NCBI RefSeq assembly: GCF_030684315.1
Contig: NC_081360.1
Span: forward strand, 4,116,098 to 4,180,097
Source of the DNA: Stegostoma tigrinum
Taxonomy: Eukaryota
DNA: 64,000 nt
Reading direction: 5' to 3'
Each line of letters begins with the position of its first letter. Position 1 is the first letter of the stretch. The notes beneath the pieces were generated by a model. The model did no database searches. It worked only from the letters and a program-made list of their open reading frames with translations, and was not told the origin of the DNA. Of the stretch, positions 34,298 to 47,176 are shown in pieces. The position numbers and the translations under genes were made by a program.

Positions 34298-36947
34298 ATG
34301 CACGGTGTCGTTCTACTGATTGGAAAGATTTTCTATATTCTTCTTGCAATTATTGGAGTTCGTGGCGAGTGGCCTGAAGGAATGAAGTTATTTGCATCTG
34401 TATGTACGTTGGTTTCTGATATTCAGTTGTCAATTCTATTATAAAATGGGAATTGACAGCTGCAGTTATGTACATAACGATTCAAGTAAATAATTATATT
34501 GATACACGTTTTCTGATTTACCTTTCATCTGTTTGCTTCAATTGCCATGTTGCATTGGTAATTTATTGAATTCAGTTTCAGGTTGCATCCTGCACAATCA
34601 GATATAAATCAACGACATTTCTGATGAAAACGATTATTGCAATGATCTGTCACTGCAGACAAAGGTTATGTGGCAATTGACTGACGTTGAACACATGACA
34701 TGTATTAGTGGCAGTGTTTCTCACTGCAGATTCGCACTGATGTTGGTGCATAATCATACAGCATTTGACAGAATCGATCATGCATTTCATGGACTATCTG
34801 CCATTCTACAATTTTGTACAGTGAAGAACACCATGTCTCTCCTACTCTGAGGAGAGTCAGTGACAACAGTTTCCAGTGCTGATTAATGTCCTTACCGTGT
34901 ATGGCCTTGACAGACGTTCGGTCATTCACATCCTGTTTTAATAAATAAACCAACGTAGACACCATGGAAGACACGCCAATAACACAAATTAAACCATGTC
35001 AAAGTACACGTTTTAAGCAAGACCGGACATTCTACCCACCTAGGGCGAGCCCATACTCCTGCTCCACGGGAGGCCCTATATATTCTTGTTCAGCTAACCC
35101 TGACTGAATTAATTTGATTTCTTTCCTTCTACATTTACTTTGTCATTTCAGCTTAATTATTTTCCAGCTCATTGGCACCATATAGAAGGTTTTCTCATTA
35201 ACACTGTTGTTGGAGGAACTCAATCTCTCGATTTCTTTTGAAGTTCCTTCTTGGAATACATCGCTATGTTACGTTGATAGTTCGCCCACACCCCACCCTC
35301 TGTAAATTGACATTTGCTTTCCAAGAGTCGCTCTCAAACTAGTAAGCAGTTAAAAAGACTAAATTCTTAAGTTTAGAATTGAACAAAACTCCATTGAACT
35401 CTTCTCGAATAGTTGTAAACTCCTAGTTCCTGCATTACTCTCCATAGAACAGTGGCCTGTTCCAATGCCTCACTCCCGCTTTTTTAAAGTGGAGTTCATA
35501 ATTGTACGCTGAATGTAAAGTGTTGTGTAGTCACACTTTAACATTTTAAAAAATAAAATTTAGCTTCATTCAACAAGCTTCACGCAGTTATATGCTCTGT
35601 GCATTCATCATCTTTACAGAATCCATTAAAACTTATTTTAAAATGTAGAACATTTATGAATGTTACCATTCAGGACAAAAAAAAAGTTTGGGAGTGATGA
35701 GAGTTTATAGTCACAAAAATTGCTTCACTTCTGGGAACTGAGTTTCAAATTCTGGGGAATGATCCCAGTCCTTGATTGCTTCCAAAGCTGGCAGTGGACA
35801 GAATCCTTTTGAGCTAACAGTTTCTTGATTTCTTCATTAAAGCCTGGAATTACCTAAAGATATTCCTGTAGTTTCAACCGCATGCCTCAATCCCAAATCT
35901 GATAAAACAGTCCTATGCAAGTAGAAACAAAATACAGATTATTTTTGGGATTTTTAGTGTCTGTATTCACACACTAACTAATCACTAATTAAATCCAGCC
36001 CTAACTAGTCTCAGAAATGGAGATCCTTTGCCATTCGTTTCAATGTTATCTTACTGTTTTTCTCTTACAGTTAATGTAATGGCCATTGTAATTCTGCCCC
36101 ATGAAAAATGTGGTCTCTCGGCCTCCACCGCTCGTTATGTTGTGGCCATAGCAGCAGCAGATCTCTTAGTGATTACCAATTACCGTCGATTAAATGATTA
36201 TTATTTCCACTTAAAGTTTTTCTATATCACTCCTTTATGTCGTGCTCACTGTGTCATTATTCATGCAACCATAGATTGTTCTGCCTGGTGCACCATTGCC
36301 TTCACTCTTGATCGATTTGTCTCCATTTGTTGCTAAAAGCTCAAACCTAAATATTGCACCAAGAAAACTGCCAATGTGGTTTCAGCAACAATTGGCTTCC
36401 TATTTTGTTTTAAAAAAATGTTTCAAACTACTTTAGGTTTCGACCAAGGAAGATACTGAACAAATTTCCATTTTACTGTTCTAATCAGCCAAGATACTTT
36501 TCAGACCCAAGGTGGATTGGATTTAGAATCTTTGAGAAGGTGTTGTTCCCATTATTGCCATTCGTTCTTATTCTGTTGCTGAATACTCTGACGGTCAGAC
36601 ACATTTTATTGGCTAGTCAAGTCCATAAGGGACTGAGGAGTCAAATTAAGTTGGAGAATCACAATGACCATCAAATGGAAAGCAGAAAAAAGTCTATGAT
36701 TTTACTCCGCAGCATATCAGGAAGCTTCATACTCCTGCGGTTTGTGTACATTTTATATATTTTCGATGTTGGAAAGCCAAATAGAAATGTGCTTGAAAAA
36801 GTTGCCTGTAAGCTACACAATTTCAGCTGCTGCACAAATACGGTTATTTATTCGGAGACTCAGAACAAGTTCAGAGAGCATTTTAAAAATGCATTGAAAC
36901 ATCCAGTTGCATCAATTATAAAATCAATTAATAAACTAAGCAACTGA
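34298..36947 (+). pseudogene. GPR139/GPR142-like GPCR pseudogene, two exons (34298-34364, 36071-36947)
   Basis: Exon 1 'MHGVVLLIGKIFYILLAIIGVR' plus G with a GCGAGT donor. Acceptor ttacag, then 'VNVMAIVILPHEKCGLS..AAADLLV..FTLDRFVSICC*KLKPKYC' (TAA 36334-36336), a frameshift in the A-run at ~36411, and 'LLPFVLILLLN..SRKKSM..SCCTNTVIY'. Confidence 0.9.
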
Positions 36948-37139
36948 TATCATCCCCAGCATCCAGCCATGAGCAACAAGTGAGGGTAGTGGAGTAACGT
37001 AGCTGGAGAAGAATGGAGTTACAAATGCTTGCAATGCTTCATAGAGACAGTGAACAGAAAAATTCCAAGCAAATTGGTATCAATGACACAAGTATATGAT
37101 TCAGAAGTGACAGAAAGTGAATACTCAAACGCACCAGGA

Positions 37140-37430
37140 AAGATTGCATTGTAGAACCCCTACAGCATGGAAACAGGGCCTTAGTGCGAACAAGTCCACA
37201 CCAACCCTCAGAGCATCCCACCCAGACTCATCCCTCGATAACCCATCTCATCTCATCTCCATCTCTGAACACCATGGGCAATTTAGCATGGCCAATACAC
37301 TGAGCTTGTACATCTTTGGACTCCGCAGGAAACCCACACTGACAGAAGGAGAATGTACTAGCCCTACACATATAATCGCCCGAGGGTGGAATCGAAGTCG
37401 GGTCCTGAGCATTGTGAGGCAGCAGTGCTT
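37140..37430 (-). mobile_element. HE1 SINE, degenerate
   Basis: ggaaacagggcc...gggcaatttagcatggccaat...tggaatcgaa. Confidence 0.85.
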
Positions 37431-37704
37431 ATGTATTAGGATAATTATTTATTCATTAATTAACAGAAAAATGTTACTGATCTTATGATTGTCCCAGACT
37501 GATTAATAACTGATTTTTCTTCAACATTCTTTGTTTACTTTCTTTTATGTCTCTGTCTCTCTGCTTCAACTGGGACAGAACGTCAAAGAGTGGTTGTGAA
37601 ACCATGTCTGGATGACCCAAACTCAGTCAGTCAACGGTAAAATCAGAGCTTATTGATAGGCAAGGCAGAAAACTGTTCTGGGTTATCCATGCCAGCCAAT
37701 CAAC

Positions 37705-37925
37705 AATGAGATGAACACAATAGGCCTGGCAGCATCTGGATGAAAGGGGCAGTCAACATTTCAGGTATTACCCTACTTCAGAACTCCTGAAGAAGTCCTG
37801 AAGAAGGGTAATACCCAAAACATTGACTGCTCCTTTCCTCCAGATGCTGCCTGGCCTGCTGTGTTCTTTCAGCCTCCTGTTTGTCCTCTATAGATTCTAA
37901 CATCTACAGTGCATTTTGTCTTCAA
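37705..37925. mobile_element. Fold-back PLE-terminus-derived repeat
   Basis: Arms ggcagcatctgga...gcagtcaac / cattgactgc...ccagatgctgcc. Confidence 0.75.
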
Positions 37926-38519
37926 AAATGTGAGAAGCTTGGTGGCTACCTATTGACTACATCTGTGTCATGAGAAGGTGTCCCTAAAAGTTCCTGCCTG
38001 TTTTCAGACTGTTCCTGTATCCTCCTGATATAGGTTTGCAATGGAGTATTCACACTACCTCTCGGACAATGGTTTGCCTCGATTACATTATGCGACATTC
38101 TTTCTATTTGATTTGAGTCGATGCTCCAATCCTCTTTCCTTCTGTTATTTCAACTAAACTCAGCTATTCTAAAGCACGTTCCTTGGTCTGCCTTTTATTT
38201 GTATTGGCACAGTAACTTGTCCTTTTCCGATATAAACCATGCAAGTCTTATCAAAGTTCATGATTTCTGGCGTGAGGCCAATATTTCATATCTACTTAAA
38301 TTGTCCAAATTTCCAAGACTGCATTTCAGTGAAAACTTCTCCATCTCCAAAACACTCCAGAGCACAACAAAATTGCCCAAACTCTGAATGCCATATCGCT
38401 TGAACATTCTGCAGTCCATACAACACTCAGGATCCGTGAAACTTCTTCAGCCACCACCATCACCACACCCAGCTCTCCCTACTTCTGAAACATTCACTCT
38501 CACAGAAGTGCATCATAAG

Positions 38520-39038
38520 TTTGATACCATTGGGCTGCAGGGTTCCCAAATGGAATATGAGTTGGACTTCACAAGCTTCAAAATCTCCCCTTCCCCCACT
38601 GCATCCAAAAACCAGCCCAGTTCTTCCCCTCCCTCCACTGCATCACAAAACCAGCCCAGCTCGTCCCCTCCCCCCACTGCATCCCAAAACCAGCCCAGCC
38701 TGTCTCCGCTTCCCTAACCTGTTCTTCCTCTCACCCATCCCTTCCTCACACCTCAGGTCTCACCTCCATTTCCGACCTACCACCTCATCCCGCCTCCTTG
38801 ACCTGTCTGTCTTCCCTGGACTGACCTATCCACTCCCTACCTCCTCACCTATGCTCTCCTCTCTACCTATCTTCTTTTCTCTCCATCTTTGGTCCGCCTC
38901 CATCTCTCTCCCTATTTATTCCAGTTCCCTCTCCCCATCCCCCTCTCTGATGGAGGGTCTAGGCCCGAAACGTCAGTTTTTGTGCTCCTGAGATGCTGCT
39001 TGGCCTGCTGTGTTCATCCAGCTCCACACTTTGTTACC
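38520..39038 (+). mobile_element. Penelope-like element 3' fragment with a short inverted 5' piece
   Basis: 'DFTSFKISPSPTAS' repeats and terminal repeat. 38520-38562 is in the opposite orientation. Confidence 0.88.
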
Positions 39039-39039
39039 T

Positions 39040-40410
39040 TTAACACCCATTCCCACATTTGAGGAAATTCTCCCATGGGCCTTGATTGATTGTGTAGAAC
39101 TCCAAACGAAAGCAAGAAAAAAAATCAGAATCAACATTAGTTAACAATAATGAATGTGTCCACTAGATTTCCAGAGGCCATTCCATTATGCAGTGTCAAA
39201 ACTTAAAGAATTGCTGAAATGTTACTTTTTTAACTCAATGTAGACTGCTGACAGAAGCATAATCAGATAAAGGGTCAAATTTTACATCAAAACTATTAAA
39301 TAAAGTTATGTATATCTTAGGAATAAAACAATTCAAATTCATTGTGTTCCATTGGGAATTGCAGGCAGAATTAGAATGGCGGCATGAAAGTTTACAGACC
39401 ATGTTGAGGGTTTATAGTCAAGATTATGCAGAAGATTGGTATGAACAAATTTCATTTGTACATTTTGCAATTAGGAATGCATCAAGTGAATATACCAAGT
39501 TCAAAACATTTGAATTAGTTTTTGGGATGAAGTGAGAGGGCTACTGAATTTAATTAATTGAGGAGACAACTTAATTAAGGAGAAATTGGTGAGTCAGAGC
39601 TCAGAGACCACATATTTGGACAATGTGTCAAATTTTAAGGAACAATTAAGTTGAGCAGGTGAGTTGGTGAGACAGTATTTGAAAGCAGCATAGCACGTGA
39701 TGAAACGGGAACAGGCAAGAAATCCAGCAATCACAATTTTACTCGCGGAGCTAAAGGTTTAGTTTTATTTCCAGTGTTCGGTGGATCTTTAAAGGCAGGG
39801 TTTAGTGGGCCTTCTCAAAACGAAAGGAAATTGAGTGAGGTGAACTATTTAATAAAAATGTCACATAGAAAGAATTTTCACAGATAAAAAAGAGTGGAAC
39901 TGGAAGTGCACAGCAGGCCAGGCGGCATCAGAGGAACAGTCCCATCCCAAACCATCAATTCTCCTGTTCCTCTAATGCTGTCTGGCCTGCTGCATCGCTC
40001 CAGCTCCACCCTGGGTTATATTTGACTCTAGCAACTGCAGTTCCTGTTATCTCAAGAAATCTCACAGAGAGTGATGTGTGATTGTCCTCAAACTTTATTT
40101 GACAGGGAAGGAAAACAAAAGGAGAATGTGTTACGGGTGCCAGCTCACAATGAAGAACCATGTTTAAAGGATTCTAAATTGGACATTCCTCAAAATAAAA
40201 TCAACAAAATGGCATTTTCAAAAAATGAAATAAATTACTGACTTACCTTCCAGAGGAAAATCAAAGTGACCTGAAAGAATAATTGCAATCACATGGGGTC
40301 AAATGTGGTAATGACGTGAGAAGCACTAACCTGAGTGCACAGTACATAGATGCATAAAATGTTGTTCCACTTAAGTAGCATCCCAGTAGACTTAATGCTC
40401 CAAAGTTGGC
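39040..40410 (+). mobile_element. Gypsy (Gmr1-type order) integrase and RT-start remnant
   Basis: 'LIDCVE', 'STRFPEAIPL', 'SDKGSNFTSKL', 'FAIRNA..FELVFG', then 'PLK*HPSRLN' (RT start) downstream of the integrase. A fold-back repeat is inserted at ~39885-40052. Confidence 0.85.
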
Positions 40411-40699
40411 ACCGTTTTTATTCTATTTAACTCACTGCCACACCAGGCATACCCACTCTGAAGACGTTCTGCTCCTCTCCGTGTGTTTTCTTCCTTCACA
40501 GGTGCTGGCACACCTGCTGAACTTTTCCAGTAACTTTGTTTGTGTATCTTCAATTTCCTGCCTTTATTTGATCATGGGGAGAATAGAAGACATTTGGAGG
40601 TCAAACCTGAGAGAGTGCAGGGACAGCGTGAAGAGCCAATATAATTTTCACTGTGTCATAAAGACAATCATTTGCAAAATATTTTACTCACTCAGTTTA

Positions 40700-43612
40700 A
40701 TGGCCTATTTCTCGAAGGTTGAGAGTAGGGTGGTCCGAAATAAAGTTTCAGAGACCCAAGATGGCACCGGCAAGCAAGAAGTTGGTTTGAAGTGTGTCTA
40801 CTTCAATGCCAGGAGTGTCCGGAATAAGGTGGGTGAAGTTGCAGCATGGGTTATTACCTGGGACATCAATGTTGTGGCCATTTCGGAGACTTGGATAGAA
40901 CAGGGACAGGAATGGTTGTTGCATGTTCTGGGATTTAGATGTTTTAGTAAGAACAGAGATGGTAAAAGGGCAGGGGGCTGAGGTGTGGCATTGTTGGTCA
41001 AGGACAGTATTACAGTTGCAGAAAGGATGTTTGGGGACTCGTCAACTGAGGTAGTATAGGCTGAGGTTAGAAACAGGAAAGGAGAGGTCATCCTGTTGGG
41101 AGTTTTCTATAGGCCTCCGAATAGATCCAGAGACATAGAGGAAATGATAGCAAAGTTGATTCTCGATAGGAGTGAGAGAGACAAGGTAGTTGTCATGGGG
41201 GACTTCAACTTTCCAAATATTGACTGGGAACACTATAGTTCGAGTACTATAGATGGGTCAGTTTTTGTCCAGTGTGTGTAGGAGGGCTTCCTGACACAGT
41301 ATGTAGACAGGCCAACAAGGGGCGAAGCCACATTAGATTTGGTACTGGGTAATGAGCCCGGCCAGGTGTTACATTTGGAAGTAGGTGAGCACTTTGGTGA
41401 TGGCAATCACAATTCTGTTTTGTTTATTTTAGTGATGGAAAGGGATAGGTGTATACCACTGGGCAAGAGTTATAGCTGGGGGAAAGGCAATTACGATGAG
41501 ATGAGGCAAGATTTAGGGAGCATAGGACGGGGAAGGAAACTGCAGGGGATGGGCACATTAGAAATGTGGAGCTTATTCAAGGAAAAGCTCATGTGTGTCC
41601 GAGGTAAGTATGTACCTGTCAGGCAGGGAGGAAGCTGTAGTGCGCGGGAGCCGTGGTTTACGAAGGAGGTGGAATCTCTGGTCAAGAGGAAGAAGAAGGT
41701 GTATGTTAGGATGAGATGTGAAGGCTCAGTTAGGGCGCTTGAGGGCTACGAGGTAGCCTGGAGAGGCCTAAATAGAGAGCTCAGAAGAGCCAGGAGGAGA
41801 CATGAGAAGTTGTTGGCGGATCGGATCAGGGTAAACCCTAACACGTTCCATAGGTATTTAAAGGAATAAAAGAATGACGAAAGTAAGATTAGGGCCAATC
41901 AAGGATATTAGTGGTAAGTTGTGTGTGGAGTCAGAGGAGATACGGGAAGCACTAAATGAATATTTTTCAACAGTATTCACTCTAGAAAACGACAATGTTG
42001 TCGAGGCGAATATTGAGTTCCAGGCTACTAGACTAGGTGGGATTGAGGTTCACAAGGAAGAGGTATTAGAAATCCTACAGAGGGGGAAGATAGATAAGTC
42101 CCCTGGGCCAGATGGGATTTATCCTAGGATCCTCTGGGAAGCCAGGGAGGAGATTGCCAAGCCTTTGGCATTGATCTTTAACTCATCATTCTCTACAGGA
42201 ACAGTGCCAGACGACTGGAGGATAGCAAATGTGGTTCCCCTGTACAAGAACGGGAGTATAGACGACCCTGGTAATTATAGACCAGCGAGCCTTACCTCCG
42301 TTGTTGGTAAAGTGTTGGAAAAGGTTATAAGGGATAGGATTTATAATCATCTAGAATAGAATAAATTGATTAGGGATAGTCAGCACGGTTTTGGGAAGGG
42401 TAGTTCATGCCTCACAAACCTTACTGAGTTCTATGAGAAGGTGACCAAACAGGTAGATGAGAGTAAACCGGCTGATGTGGTGTATATGGATTTCAGCAAG
42501 GCGTTCGATAAGGTTCCCCAGAGTAGGCTATTGTGCAGAATGTGGAGGAATGGAATTGTGGGAGATATAGCAGTTTGGATCGGAAGTTGGCTTGCTGAAA
42601 GAAGGCAGAGGGTGGTAGTTGATAGGAAATGTTCATCCTGGAGACCAGTTACTAGTGGTGTACCGCAAGGGTCAGTGTTGGGTGCACTGTCTTTTCTCAT
42701 TTTTATAAATGACCTGGATGAGGGCGTAGAAGGATGGGTTAGTAAATTTACAGATGACATCCACAGTGGAGTTGTGGATAGTGACGAAGGATGCTGAACA
42801 TTGCAGAGAGACATAGATAAGCTGCAGAGCTGGGCTGACAGGTGGCAAATGGAGTTTAATGCAGAACAAGTGTGAGGTGATGCACTTTGGTAGGAGTAAC
42901 CAGAAGGCAAAGTACTGGGCTAATGGTAGGATTCTCAGTAGTGTAGATGAGCAGAGAGATCTCGGTGTCCATGTACACAGATCCTTGAAAGTTGTCACCC
43001 AGGTTGACAGGGCTGTTTAGAATGTATACAATGTTTTAGCTTTTATTAGTATAGGGATCGAGTTCTGGAACCAAGAGGCTATGCTGCAGCTGTACAAAAT
43101 TCTGGTGCGGCTGCACATGGAGTATTGCGTACATTTCTGTTCACTGCATTATAAGAAGGATGTGGAAGCTTTGGAAAGGGTGCAGAGGAGATTTACTAGG
43201 ATGTTGCCTGGTATGGAGGGAAGGTCTTATGAGGAAAGGCTGATGGACTTGAGGCTGTTTTCATTAGAGAGAAGAAGGTTGAGAGGTGACTTAATTGAAA
43301 CATATAAAATAATCAGAGAGTTAGATAAGGTGGATAGGGAGAGCCTTTTTCCTCGGATGGTGACAGCGAGCACGAGGGGGCATAGCTTTAAATTGAGGGG
43401 TGAAAGATATAAGACATATGTCAGAGGTAGTTTCTTTACTCAGAGAGTAGTAAGGGAATGGAACGCTTTGTCTGCAATGGGTGTAGATTCACCAACTTTA
43501 GGTACATTTAAGTCGTCATTGGGTGAGCATATGGACGTCCATGGAATAGTGTAGGTGAGATGGGCTTCAGATTGGTATGACAGGTTGGCACAACATCGAG
43601 GGCCGAAGGGCC
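40700..43612 (+). mobile_element. HER1/CR1 LINE, nearly complete ORF2, 3' tail missing
   Basis: 'KCVYFNARSVRNK', 'VAISETW', 'GVFYRPP', 'MGDFNFP', '[10 protein letters not shown]', 'GVPQGSVLG', 'KFTDD'. Stops and frameshifts. Confidence 0.95.
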
Positions 43613-44422
43613 AGGGACAGACGTCTGGAACAGAGGTTAGCTTGCAGAAACTAAAAGGAAGACCCCCATTCATGCTCCAGCTTAAACAATGGATGCCAGA
43701 CTACAAGGAAAATATTGGGTGATTTCATGATTCTGAATTAGACTCATTGATTCCTTGTCATGGCAATAAGTCCACATGATAGTTATTTCCTGGAGACTTT
43801 GACTGTAACTCAGATAACAATCAGGAAGTGGACAGCATAAACCAATATTGCAACTGAACACATTGCCTGCCATTGGATTTACCAACACGGTACATCAAAT
43901 TCAGACTCACCATTATTGTGAATAAGGTCAGTGGGACTGCAATTTCCTGTCCTGCTGTTGAATAAAGATCATTTTAACTGTAAAAGGAACTGCTGTGGGT
44001 TGGAAAAAAAAATCTTTGTGAACTTACTGTCACCTGTTTTAACAGCAGGAGCTGGAATCTCCTGATAAATTGAAACATAAAGTCACGTGTTTACAAATTA
44101 AGTAATAAAATGTCAGTAACATCGTGCTGTCACCAAGTGAATGAAGCAGCTGCCCAGTGGGATGTGGCTCTGTGTTTAAAGTCCACCACATCCCTGCAGC
44201 ATTGTTCCATATAAAATTGAAAGGAAAGTATTACAGTTCCTTGAAGTCTGTTGAATAGGGGAAACACGATCAAGTGTCATTCCCAGACAAGTTCCAACCT
44301 GATATATATCAGGAGTGATATACTGCTGCCAAGCATCATGAGCCTGACGTGGCTTATGCATGCATCCTTCTGATTTGGTGACAGACATGTTAGCATTGTG
44401 CCACAAGCTCACATTACATGGG

Positions 44423-45968
44423 TGTAAGGTGGAACAAAACCCCCCATCAGTTTATGGAAATACCCTGGACTTAAAACCTTGGAAGGCAGAAATTGTGGAA
44501 ATTACATTGGATTAAATTCACGGGACCTTTGGGACTCCAGAAACCATGGGTGGCAACTGAGCCAAGGAAAGTCTGGTTGGGACAGGATGGGAATGATACA
44601 AGCCCAGGAACAGATGTCTGGAACAGAGATTAGTTTGCAGAAACTAAAAGGAAGACCCCCATTCATGCTCCAGCTTAAACAATGGAAACCAGGCTGCAGG
44701 GAAAAAAAATAACTTCAGCAACTTCAGACCCTTTGGATCCTGAACAGGTATAAAGCCATCCGATTTTCCAACCCTGCTCAGACACAGAAATACTGAACAT
44801 TCCATTCCATTGTGCTACATGAACACTTGTTCCACATATGGATATAAAGACATTCAAATCATTATTCAAACCTGTACGAATGCCCATCCAAGGAAAATAC
44901 TGGACACTCCTTAATCATCAACACCATTCTCCTCAATTGTAAAACCATTCACACCTACTCGAGTGTCCAGGAAGCCCATTCAGCCCCGACAGGAGGAACA
45001 ATAGCTTAACAGATTTGGTAGGAGATAAAGGGGCTGTATTTGATTACAGCTGGAGACCCCACGCCCAGCACAGCTGTGAAGAAAGAGGAATGAAGAAAGA
45101 GAGGAAGAGAAGGGAGTAAGGAGAAAGAGAGTGATACCAACCCTGTGATACCAGCACTGTGAAACCAGCAACATGGTCTGAATCCAACACGCTCTGTGCT
45201 CTGAAGTGGGCTCTGCAAGGAATGTTCGAGAGTTCAAGAGAGAAGCAGGCCCCGCACGTGAAGAAAAGCAGCCCTCGCAACGAGTGAACAGTAGCAACTG
45301 ACCACGACCATGACTTGACGTCCAGACGCAACCGGGGGAAATCCAAAGACACAAGGCACTGACCAGGGCAAAGTTAGCAACATCCAGCTCCACCTGCTTG
45401 CAAGGACCAGTAGATAAGAAAGAAAACCTGAGGTACCCACCAGTCTGGTCCCACGAGTGAAACTGCATCAGCAGGCATCACTGAACTGAGTTTTACTGAT
45501 ACTTACGGCCCTTCATGGAGTTCCAACTCGGGCAAGCAATTATGGACAAGAGCCAGTCAAAAGCAAGCTTTTCACACCAGGGGTGAGTCTAAGGTCATTA
45601 AAACCCTCTAACCCAGCTTGGCTAGACTTAGAGGAAGCTGGGGTTCAGGAAAACTGACGAAACAGGGCAGTCCTCAGGAAGGGGAGTGTAATAGGTCTCC
45701 AGGTCAGCAGGTACTCTCTCTTTCTCTCTCCTGTTAGCTTTAGTAACAAGCCACCCACTGTATCTATTTTACCCATTGTATTAGTTCTTGTCTGCAAAGC
45801 TCAACTGGGGGTCAGTTAACTGTGAGACAGGTCTCGGTCAGAGAAATGTGCATTTTAATTTGAATGTTCACTTTCATGTTTTCTGCAAATATATTAAATT
45901 TTTATTGTTTGTTCAATAAAATCAGTGTTCTTTGCCTCTGAAGCATCTGCTTCCCGTATTTTCCAACA
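44423..45968 (+). mobile_element. Probable solo LTR (~1.5 kb)
   Basis: TGT...ACA ends, TATA-like gataaagggg at ~45024, AATAAA at ~45915 shortly before the end, non-coding. No TSD seen. Confidence 0.45.
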
Positions 45969-47114
45969 CACCACCGTCCGCTACATAAGCCCAAGTGTGA
46001 GAACCAGGAAGCTGCTGAACAATGACCCAGGCAGCATTCCTTATATAGGTAACTATGTGCCCTATTAAGGAAAATGATCTTTTTCTAGTGAGACATTACT
46101 ACTAGCAAAGGCACTTTTACCTCTTCCCATGCTCCCTGCTTGTCTCCAGTTCTCTTCTTTCTCTCTCCACCTGTTTTTCTGTCACTTTGTCTCCCTCATC
46201 CTGCCCTTCTCCACCTCGCTGTTTCAGCTTCAGACTTCTCACCTTTTCCCTTTCTTGTTGAAACATCCTGCACTGTACTGGGGGGAATTGATTCCAGTCT
46301 GTGTGTCAGAGGACAGATCCAGGAATTATTCTCAATCCGCCTTTCAGATGTAACAAGAAAGAAACAATTTGATTGTGATGTTAAAGGGAGATTCCAATAC
46401 AGATGCACTCAGGTATCTTACACCAATATGCTTACAAACATGATGGCAAAAGAAATAACTGACTGTATTCCTGCACTTGGATAATTAGAAATCTAATTTT
46501 TTTTTGGTTTCCAACAACTCTGATTTGCTTTCCCCAGCTCCAGAGTTGCACACGGCCAGAAGCACAATGGATAATGTGTTTCTTTAGGTGTAAGGAGATT
46601 GTAGGTTCCTGTCTGGCTAAAGTGCACTTCACAACTTCTCCTTGCAGATTATTTTTTCTATGGCCTGAAGCTGAGATGAGGTTTGAATTCCTGATCTGCA
46701 CAAACAAGAATCCTTTCACTGTAAATGTCACTGAGAACATCATCGTCAATGTCCCAGCGTCATCAAAGGAAGGGCAACTGAAACAGTTTTACAAACTGCT
46801 CACGGGTACCTTTCAATTTTCCAAACACGCCAACCCAATCACTGCATCTCATGGGAATGGCAAGGAAACAAAACAGAAAACCCAGTCTCGGCTTTGTGCA
46901 TCTTAAGTAATTCTTTGGGAAGTGGAATCAGAAGAGAATAAAGAGTGAATATTCTGACGGAGCAAAAATGGTCAAGCAGCCTTCCCCTCCTTTAAGAGTC
47001 TGTGACATTAACTGGGATGTTCTCGGGGACATTAACTGATCTGAGACACTGAAAGGATTTCCGTCAGAGCTCTCTGCTTCAGCCGTTGTCACCATCAGGA
47101 ACAATAAATCCTGA

Positions 47115-47176
47115 TTCCGTGACCAGGAATCGAAGCCAGACCATGGCAGCGAAAGTGCCAAATCCTAACCACTAGA
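47115..47176 (-). tRNA. tRNA-Glu(TTC) pseudogene
   Basis: Minus strand tctagtggttaggatttggcactTTCgctgccatggtctggcttcgattcctggtcacggaa resembles vertebrate tRNA-Glu. The 5' acceptor strand is degenerate. Confidence 0.75.
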
